A DNA stretch of 44,281 nucleotides, from NCBI GenBank assembly GCA_021162085.1, contig JAGGZI010000014.1, positions 1 through 44,281 of the forward strand, read 5' to 3'. Position numbers and translations under genes: made by a program. Shown here piece by piece: positions 37,811-44,281 of this stretch (position 1 is the first letter of the stretch; the number at the start of each line of letters is the position of its first letter). The notes under the pieces are model-generated. The model did no database searches and was not told where the DNA came from. It worked only from the letters and a program-made list of their open reading frames with translations. The stretch comes from Candidatus Aenigmatarchaeota archaeon (GTDB lineage: Archaea; Aenigmatarchaeota; Aenigmatarchaeia; PWEA01; JAGHBM01).

Positions 37811-38599
37811 CGGAACCATCATTCCAACCTTCAGCATATCCCTCGTGCCGAGGGCAAGACCCAAAATTAATATTGCTATCTTTAGCCAATTTCTGAATCC
37901 CTCATCCTCCACGTACTTATCTATCAAGTAAAGCACTGGCCAAACTATGAAAATTTTTAATGGAAACATTATCCATGGTCCAGTGAATCCAATTAGGAAC
38001 GTTGGAAGAACGTGCTGTTCTGCATAACCAAAGAATGTTAGCGCAACAAACGTGGAGCTCCCATCAAATAAATGTGAAACCAGTATTGAATAGTTCATCC
38101 TTGAAAGGTATTTTGGAAATTTAAGATGAATTGGAGCAAAAACTGCTGCCCACATACCCACAAGACCTAATATCATCAAAACACCTCTCCAATTTCTCAA
38201 TCCAAATAAAAAAACCTCGTAAAGGTTGAAAGCGCACAGGATGGTTCCAGTTATCAACATAGTCTTCCAATAATCGAACTTGAATTTCTTTTGAATGAGC
38301 GCTGAAATAATCAAAATAGCAAGTGTCACAAAAAACAGAGTTACGTATATACCAGGAGAGACAAAGAAATACCCGTGATAAAATCCTGCATCTTCCAGAG
38401 CCCTCATTATGCCTCCAAGAAATATGAATGGAACCAATGAAAGGATAAAATTCTTATCAACCTTCATTTTCATTTTTTTAAGTATGTACTTGTAAACAAG
38501 AAATACTGCTACAACAAAAATCAGTGCATAAACTATGGTGGCCGGGAGAGTGTAGTAATGCCCCATTGGCTGCAAAAAATATTTCTCTATGAAACCCAT
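37808..38599 (-). CDS. DUF63 family membrane protein
   Basis: Y...TIVYA, GGIMRALEDAG, VSPGIY, HLFDGSST, Y.EQHVLP, LGLA.GTRD. Confidence 0.88.
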   Translation of the reverse strand: MGFIEKYFLQPMGHYYTLPATIVYALIFVVAVFLVYKYILKKMKMKVDKNFILSLVPFIFLGGIMRALEDAGFYHGYFFVSPGIYVTLFFVTLAILIISALIQKKFKFDYWKTMLITGTILCAFNLYEVFLFGLRNWRGVLMILGLVGMWAAVFAPIHLKFPKYLSRMNYSILVSHLFDGSSTFVALTFFGYAEQHVLPTFLIGFTGPWIMFPLKIFIVWPVLYLIDKYVEDEGFRNWLKIAILILGLALGTRDMLKVGMMVP

Positions 38600-39183
38600 C
38601 AGTCACCACCAAAGAAGGGAAGTGGAACCAGATTGTTTTCTTTTGTTTTTTCTTTTTCCTCTTCGTCCTTTATTTCTATTTCCTTCGGTTCTTTCTTTTT
38701 TTTGCGCGGCTTCCTAACCCTAAAACTACTCATCATCAGTACAGATGAAACTATGAGCCAGCCAGAAACTATGTACACATCAAAGAAGTTGAAGATGTAT
38801 ATAAATGGTATTATGAATCCGTTTACAAGAGTTGGCATCCCACCAATCTTTGAAATCCTGACGGCACTAATCAACATGAATATCAAACCAAGTGTTAAAA
38901 CTACAAGTTGCATCAGAACGTTCAGATTGGAGAAATAAATTACAATGAATAGTGCCGATGCAATTCCAAAGGGTGTCATTCTCCCCAATGAAATTACAAC
39001 CTTGAATATATCCGTATCTATCGTGAGCAATCTCACCAACACGTGATTTACGATATCAATCGATGCTGCCAGTATTAAAATGTAAGCCCCATAATCAAAC
39101 AACCCCCTTATGAAAAAAAACATGGAAAGAAATCCAAGCGATATGTTTAAAAGTGACAATACCTCTACAACCCTTCCTTTCAT
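38599..39183 (-). CDS. Degenerate CDP-alcohol phosphatidyltransferase-like (PssA-like) membrane protein
   Basis: PssA-like layout (LSLLNISLG, AVRISK, GMPT) but the catalytic Asp motif is eroded. Confidence 0.6.
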   Translation of the reverse strand: MKGRVVEVLSLLNISLGFLSMFFFIRGLFDYGAYILILAASIDIVNHVLVRLLTIDTDIFKVVISLGRMTPFGIASALFIVIYFSNLNVLMQLVVLTLGLIFMLISAVRISKIGGMPTLVNGFIIPFIYIFNFFDVYIVSGWLIVSSVLMMSSFRVRKPRKKKKEPKEIEIKDEEEKEKTKENNLVPLPFFGGD

Positions 39184-40026
39184 CTAATCACCAAATATCC
39201 TCTTGAATGCTTCTATTGTATCTTCCGGTTTATATTTAAGATATTCTTCGGAATCCTTTATATTAAATTCTCTATCTTTAAATGTTGTTCTTATGAATCC
39301 AGATAACTGCGGTATAAACTTTCCAATGCCTATGAGTATTTTGGGAATGTAAATCTGATTTATTCCAAGGTCATTCTTCAGGACATTGGATATGTCATTT
39401 ATCTTAACAGGCTTCCTGTCTGCAATATTGTAAAACCCATTTCTTTTACACTTAATTGAATTTAAAAAAGCCCTTATGAGAGGCTCCTTGAAAGTTGGGT
39501 GGAATTTGAAATCTATTCCAAGTTTGGGAAATATCCTGTATTTCTTCAGTGACCTGAATCTCTCTTCATCGTACACAAAAGACGGCCTTATGGTTATAAC
39601 ATTAATTTTGTTGGAGTATCTTTTAACAACTTCCTCTGCCATCCTTTTTGACAACCCGTATATCGTCATATCTTCGTATATAGCACCAACCGAACTCACA
39701 AAAATTATCTTCTTCACGGAATTCTCTATACCGGCCCTCAGTACGTTCTCAGTCCCATCAACATTAACCTCAAAGAATTTTTCCTTGCTAACTCCAAATC
39801 CCTTTCTCTCCGTTATTCCAGCAAGATGATATATGTAGTCAACATCCTTTGTGGCGTTCAACATGCTCTTGTAATCTGTGATGTTTCCCTTAACAAACTC
39901 AAAGTCTTTTGATTTCTTACTCTTCCTTGTGAGAACCTTGACGTTGTATTTATCTCTAAGTCTATCAACCAAATCAGATCCTATGTACCCTGTTCCACCT
40001 GTAACAAGAATCATAGATATCTCCAC
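39184..40026 (-). CDS. NAD-dependent epimerase/dehydratase
   Basis: LVTGGTGYIG, HLAG, NVDGT, SS, YGLSK. Confidence 0.9.
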   Translation of the reverse strand: MEISMILVTGGTGYIGSDLVDRLRDKYNVKVLTRKSKKSKDFEFVKGNITDYKSMLNATKDVDYIYHLAGITERKGFGVSKEKFFEVNVDGTENVLRAGIENSVKKIIFVSSVGAIYEDMTIYGLSKRMAEEVVKRYSNKINVITIRPSFVYDEERFRSLKKYRIFPKLGIDFKFHPTFKEPLIRAFLNSIKCKRNGFYNIADRKPVKINDISNVLKNDLGINQIYIPKILIGIGKFIPQLSGFIRTTFKDREFNIKDSEEYLKYKPEDTIEAFKRIFGD

Positions 40027-40559
40027 GCATGATAAAATCTTTCAAAAAATGAATATATACCTATTAAAAGTACTATAAGTACTGCGTAATAAACTTGGGA
40101 AAATAAAAGCCCAAAAAACATGACTGACAATCGGACCGCCCTCATACTGAGTTTTTCACCAACCTTGCTCTTTGTCCCAGACTCGATAACCGAACTCTCA
40201 TAACTTGCCATGTACACAAAGAAAATTGTCGTGAAGGCAATCACGGCACTCACATATCCACCAAGAAATGTTGAGAATATTAGTACAAAATCTGAAATCC
40301 TGTCACCAACCCTATCGAAGAACATCCCAAACTTGCTCGTTGTCTTATGAAACTTTGCAACTGTTCCGTCCAGCAGGTCAAGGAAACCTGAAATGAAAAG
40401 GAACAAGGCACCAAGGACTATATTTGATAAAAAAATTTCATAGCCACATAAAAACATAAAAATTATTGCAAGAAGTGTTATTATGTTCGGATTTACATTC
40501 AATCTCTTTGCAACGGGAACCAGAAACGATTCCACGTAGTCCTTTGAATCAGCAATCAT
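40011..40559 (-). CDS. CDP-alcohol phosphatidyltransferase
   Basis: PNIIT; DLLDGTVAK...FGMFFDRVGDR signature. Confidence 0.92.
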   Translation of the reverse strand: MIADSKDYVESFLVPVAKRLNVNPNIITLLAIIFMFLCGYEIFLSNIVLGALFLFISGFLDLLDGTVAKFHKTTSKFGMFFDRVGDRISDFVLIFSTFLGGYVSAVIAFTTIFFVYMASYESSVIESGTKSKVGEKLSMRAVRLSVMFFGLLFSQVYYAVLIVLLIGIYSFFERFYHAWRYL

Positions 40560-40660
40560 AATATAAGTATAAATTATTTATTTAAAATATTTTCAACCAA
40601 AGTGTGTACTTCTTCCACAGAGCCTGCGCCTTTTTTGAATCAAGTATTATGTTGTGGCCA

Positions 40661-41344
40661 TCACAACCTTCTTGTTATTGACCTCAAAACCTTTTTAGTT
40701 GCCAACCTCATCTTACTATAAAATCCAAATGGTTTTCCCTTTATGATAACCTTCCCTTTCTTTATTGCCTTTAAAACTTCATCTACGTCCGAGCCACAGT
40801 TAATTATGTTGTATATGGTGCCTACGTCCTTCCAGTAGTGTGCATCAGAACCTCCCGTCATAGGATAATTCAACTCCCTGGCAACGTCGTACGCCTTCTT
40901 GTTTTCCTTCCATCTAATTCCACCATTCAATACTTCAATTGCATCAAACCTGTATTTTCTTATGGCATCCCCAACTCCAGATGTTCTGGGAAATCCAACA
41001 TATGGGTGTACTGCTATTGCTATTCCACCAAGCTCATGAATTTTATCTATGGTCTCCTGAACAGATAATCCTTTCCTGACATTCTCCTTTATTCCAAGTG
41101 CGAGTATGTGCCCGTCTGCAGAGCTGACCTCAGAACCAGGAATTAAAACGAAGTTCTTTATTTTCTTTGAGTACTTTAGTCCCTCAATGGAACCTTTCAC
41201 TGAATCGTGATCGGTTATTGCAAGTCCATTCAAGCCCTTTGACATTACCATCTTTATCATTTCTTTGGGGGTTCCGAATGCCTCATCACCCCATATCCTG
41301 TGTCTTGAATAAACAGAATGCGTATGTATATCTGCGTATATCAT
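40661..41344 (-). CDS. PHP domain protein
   Basis: DIHTHS, ITDHD, GSE, GH, HPY, GGSDAH; ATG 41344 preferred. Confidence 0.9.
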   Translation of the reverse strand: MIYADIHTHSVYSRHRIWGDEAFGTPKEMIKMVMSKGLNGLAITDHDSVKGSIEGLKYSKKIKNFVLIPGSEVSSADGHILALGIKENVRKGLSVQETIDKIHELGGIAIAVHPYVGFPRTSGVGDAIRKYRFDAIEVLNGGIRWKENKKAYDVARELNYPMTGGSDAHYWKDVGTIYNIINCGSDVDEVLKAIKKGKVIIKGKPFGFYSKMRLATKKVLRSITRRL

Positions 41345-41348
41345 TGTA

Positions 41349-41888
41349 TCACCATGGAACTTTCTTTGCACCGATCTTATGACCTATTATGGAAGCTATC
41401 ACATGAATTATTGGAGTTATTATAGTTATCAAAACGAAGGACAGAGCCGTTAATTTCATTACAAGAGAAGCAAAGAAGAACGCACCGAACACGAAGTCCA
41501 ATTGATCAAGAAGCGGTGCTGGCTCACCGCTCTCTATATCTACCCTCCTCTTTATGAATGAACCTACAAGGTCCCCAACCATTGCCCCAAATGAAATTAA
41601 AAATACTGAGAGTAAAGACAGTCGAGGCACCGTGAGACCTTCCTTCAGCAAAGCTACACTCACGTAAGGATAAAGAGCCATCTCAATCAAGCCGACAACT
41701 ACCCCAACGAATATTGCAAATACGAAGCCTTCCCAAGTCTTTCCTTTCCCAAATATGTCTCTGCCATCTGAGAATTTTTTTCCAAAGTCCATTCTTCTCT
41801 TCCCATGTGCCAACGGTGCAAAACCATTTGCTGCATAGGCAGGAATAATTATCCATAATCCTATTATTAACTCCGGTAAAAAGCTCAT
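41349..41888 (-). CDS. carS: CDP-archaeol synthase
   Basis: PAYAANG, DGR.IFG.GKTWEG, GDLVGSFIKRR, PLLDQLDF, K..PW; ATG 41888 preferred. Confidence 0.93.
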   Translation of the reverse strand: MSFLPELIIGLWIIIPAYAANGFAPLAHGKRRMDFGKKFSDGRDIFGKGKTWEGFVFAIFVGVVVGLIEMALYPYVSVALLKEGLTVPRLSLLSVFLISFGAMVGDLVGSFIKRRVDIESGEPAPLLDQLDFVFGAFFFASLVMKLTALSFVLITIITPIIHVIASIIGHKIGAKKVPW

Positions 41889-41921
41889 GAACTTTTTTAA
41901 ATAAAACAACAATATATAACT

Positions 41922-42221
41922 ATGTTTTCAGGAACTCCCGGAGAAATTCTTGTGGCCATTGGACTGATTGTAGGTATGCCAGGAGTTCCTGACTTCGGAA
42001 TCCAGCTGACACTAGCCATAATCATCGGTATGCTTCTTCCGGAAAGCGTCATAAAACCAATTAATGTATTTCTGATAGAAATTCTCCCTCCAATGAACTC
42101 ATTTGAATACAAGTTGAGGAAAATCCCAAGAATTAAGACGATAATACCAAGAATAATAGCAGGTTATTTATTCACATTTGTAATAGGACTCGTGCTGATA
42201 GCAATTGGATTGTTGATTTAA
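41922..42221 (+). CDS. Small hypothetical membrane protein
   Basis: 99-aa hydrophobic ORF filling the gap between carS and tRNA-Arg. Confidence 0.65.
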   Translation: MFSGTPGEILVAIGLIVGMPGVPDFGIQLTLAIIIGMLLPESVIKPINVFLIEILPPMNSFEYKLRKIPRIKTIIPRIIAGYLFTFVIGLVLIAIGLLI

Positions 42222-42226
42222 TAATA

Positions 42227-42529
42227 TGGTGCCCCTGCCGGGACTTTCACGAACCCGCAAGGAACCTACGGTTCCTTTCAGTTTTACGGTATTCCTGATA
42301 TCTTCCCTTCCTTTTAAAATTGGCAAACTTTCAGTTTGCCCAAAATTGTTTCTTTGGGAAATACAAAAACCTTTCTTTTGAAAGAAAGGGATTTGTCTTT
42401 GAACCCGGGTCCCAGCCTTTCTACTTTGCGCTGAGTAAAGGGCCACTTCTACAAGCCAGTTTGATGAATCTTTATGCCGAGTAAAGATTCTCCGCAGGGC
42501 TGTATCCTATCCAGCTAGACTACAGGGGC
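42227..42529 (-). tRNA. tRNA-Arg(GCG), 2 composite introns (37/38: 42419-42491; 59/60: 42244-42397)
   Basis: Spliced GCCCCTGTAGTCTAGCTGGATAGGATACAGCCCTGCGG/AGGCTGGGACCCGGGTTCAAA/TCCCGGCAGGGGCACCA; BHB helices CUGC/GUAG and UUCA/UGAA. Confidence 0.9.
42244..42397 (-). repeat. T-loop intron of tRNA-Arg, near-identical to the tRNA-Ala T-loop intron (8950-9100)
   Basis: Direct alignment; differences are confined to hairpin tips and the splice-junction end. Confidence 0.95.
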
Positions 42530-42582
42530 ACTAAACTATAAATATATATAGTATAGAATTTAATAAAGTTCAAGGTGTAATA

Positions 42583-42744
42583 ATGTTAAAATGCACATCA
42601 TGTGGAAAAATATTGACAAGTGAAGACAACTTCACGAAGTTTAAGTGTCCATCCTGTGGGAAGACTGAAATAGTCAGATGTAAGAGTTGCAGGGTGAGAA
42701 AAGTTCCATACAAATGTGAAAAATGTGGATTTATTGGCCCATGA
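42583..42744 (+). CDS. Zn-ribbon protein DUF1610/HVO_2753 family (53 aa), not in the ORF track
   Basis: MLKCTSCG...[16 protein letters not shown]....[11 protein letters not shown]; AGGTG RBS. Confidence 0.9.
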   Translation: MLKCTSCGKILTSEDNFTKFKCPSCGKTEIVRCKSCRVRKVPYKCEKCGFIGP

Positions 42745-42753
42745 GGTTTTAAC

Positions 42754-43179
42754 ATGCCTGGAATGTTTTCAGCCAGAAGATTAAAAGACGTAAGAAGGAA
42801 GATGAGATGGAAGAAGGTTAGCTACAGGAATAGAATTTTAAAGCTTAAGAAGAAAAAAGATCCTCTTGAAGGAGCGCCCCAAGCAAGGGGAATAGTTCTT
42901 GAAAAAAGATTCATAGAGCAAAAACAGCCTCACTCTGGTTTGATAAAATGTGTTAGGGTTCAATTGATTAAAAATGGCAAACAGATAACCGTCTTTTGCC
43001 CGAGGGATGGCGCCATAAAACATATAGACGAGCACGACGAGGTGTTAATAGAAGGAATTGGTGCTTCACAGGGCGGAGCAAAGGGAAGTATGTGGGGAGT
43101 TAAGTGGAAGGTTGTTAAAGTTAATGGAGTCTCCCTGGAAGAATTAAGAACTGGAAGAAAGCAAAAACCAACAAGGTGA
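42754..43179 (+). CDS. rps12: 30S ribosomal protein S12 (uS12)
   Basis: [45 protein letters not shown]. Confidence 0.95.
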   Translation: MPGMFSARRLKDVRRKMRWKKVSYRNRILKLKKKKDPLEGAPQARGIVLEKRFIEQKQPHSGLIKCVRVQLIKNGKQITVFCPRDGAIKHIDEHDEVLIEGIGASQGGAKGSMWGVKWKVVKVNGVSLEELRTGRKQKPTR

Positions 43180-43183
43180 TCTC

Positions 43184-43783
43184 TTGAATGAAATAAAGCT
43201 TTACAATAGGTGGTCTACGAACGTTGAAGTGAATGATCCAGGACTAAAAAATTACATAAATCTTAAACCTGTTATAGTACCAAGGAATTCACATGGAAGA
43301 CACGCCAAGAAGAAATTCTACAAGAGTAACATGAACATAGTTGAGAGACTCATGAACCATTTATTTGTTCCAGGACATAAGGGCAAGAGGCATAAACTAA
43401 CGTCCGGAAAATGTGTGGGAAAGAGTTTCAATGCTTACGACACCGTAAAGGAATGCTTTGAAATAATTGAAAAGAAAACTAAAAAGAATCCAGTTGAGGT
43501 TTTTGTGAGGGCTTTGGAAAATGCCGCCCTTAGAGAAGAAGTCTCGTCTTATCAAATGGGATCGATCATAGCAAGGAAGGCTGTTGTAACATCACCGCAA
43601 AGAAGAGTTGACCTGGCCCTAAGGTACTTCGTCCAGGGAACATACAAAAGGTCATTTAAAAGCAAAAGATCCTTGGCGCAGTGTCTTGCAGAGGAAATCC
43701 TTGCAGCATACAACAACTCAAAGGATTCAAATGCAATTCAGGAAAAGGAAAGATTGGAGAGAGAGGCTGAAGGAGCAAGGTAA
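43184..43783 (+). CDS. rps7: 30S ribosomal protein S7 (uS7)
   Basis: DPGLKNYI, IVERL, SPQRRVDLAL, LAEEI, KE..ER.A..AR. Confidence 0.95.
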   Translation: MNEIKLYNRWSTNVEVNDPGLKNYINLKPVIVPRNSHGRHAKKKFYKSNMNIVERLMNHLFVPGHKGKRHKLTSGKCVGKSFNAYDTVKECFEIIEKKTKKNPVEVFVRALENAALREEVSSYQMGSIIARKAVVTSPQRRVDLALRYFVQGTYKRSFKSKRSLAQCLAEEILAAYNNSKDSNAIQEKERLEREAEGAR

Positions 43784-43784
43784 A

Positions 43785-44281
43785 TTATTTTTTCTTTTTT
43801 ATTATCCTTCTTAAATTGTCTTTATAGCTCACTTCTTTGGGGAACATTCCTTTTGTCACATATTTTATTTCCTCGACGGAATAGAAGGCCCTTGGATTGA
43901 ATCTCTTTATGGAAGAAACAATTTTATCCATGTCCCTTCTCTTGACAACTGTCAGAATTATGTTATTGGACTTTCCGCTGTATCCAGTTGCACCAACTAT
44001 AGTAGCACCATAACCATGCTCCCTTAGATATTTCACAAGCTCGTCTAGCTTCTTTTTTGTTATTATCCTGACTATGTAATTTCCAACTGCAAGTTTCTCC
44101 TCCAAATACAATCCCACATATGTTCCAGCAGCAAATCCCCCCGCATAAGCTATGTAGTTCACGAAATTGGTTAAATTCTGCATTATCTGGCTTATTGCCA
44201 ACAGCCATATTAAAACCTCAAAGAATCCCAGCACCGGTGCAATGTTTTTCATTCCCTTCGTTATGAAAACCAGTTTTATGG
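43785..44281 (-). CDS. DUF2179/DUF5698 (UPF0316) membrane protein, 5' end outside the window
   Basis: LGFFEVLIWLLAI, AYAGGFAAGTYVG, GYGAT, PII-like C-terminus; the frame stays open to the window edge. Confidence 0.85.
   Translation of the reverse strand, partial: IKLVFITKGMKNIAPVLGFFEVLIWLLAISQIMQNLTNFVNYIAYAGGFAAGTYVGLYLEEKLAVGNYIVRIITKKKLDELVKYLREHGYGATIVGATGYSGKSNNIILTVVKRRDMDKIVSSIKRFNPRAFYSVEEIKYVTKGMFPKEVSYKDNLRRIIKKKK

Noticed and set aside
40595-40665. Possible box C/D sRNA (GTGATGG...TTGA on the minus strand); similar weak words at 7840-7880
   Set aside because: The boxes are imperfect and no terminal CTGA occurs at a suitable spacing
42168-42446. 92-aa ORF over tRNA-Arg, and similar ORFs at 9378-9563, 25031-25213, 25858-26124 and 25976-26164
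   Set aside because: They overlap tRNA exons; their mutual peptide similarity (LPILKGRE) comes only from the shared intron DNA
42570-42755. 61-aa minus-strand ORF in the track
   Set aside because: It is the shadow of the plus-strand DUF1610 zinc-ribbon gene at 42583-42744

Overview
Gene-dense, AT-rich archaeal chromosomal segment. It encodes aRF1, fibrillarin/Nop5, S17e, S12/S7, aMBF1, CarS, an S-layer protein and a type IV pilus operon. The gene content suggests a DPANN lineage such as Aenigmarchaeota, which is inference only. The striking feature is the tRNA set. I could reconstruct eight CCA-encoding tRNA genes by eye, all on the minus strand: Met-CAT, Ile-GAT, Ala-CGC, Pro-GGG, Leu-CAA, Gly-CCC, Thr-CGT and Arg-GCG. 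Together they carry about 18 intervening sequences, and every one has an intron at the non-canonical T-loop position 59/60. The introns are built from shared hairpin modules that are copied between unrelated tRNAs, stacked in tandem and nested inside each other. The same module also occurs outside tRNA bodies, in two tRNA 3' trailers and at a protein-gene stop codon. This looks like an actively spreading, modular, non-coding intron or mobile-element family. Intron boundaries were set manually from the cloverleaf and bulge-helix-bulge (BHB) geometry and may be off by 1-2 nt.
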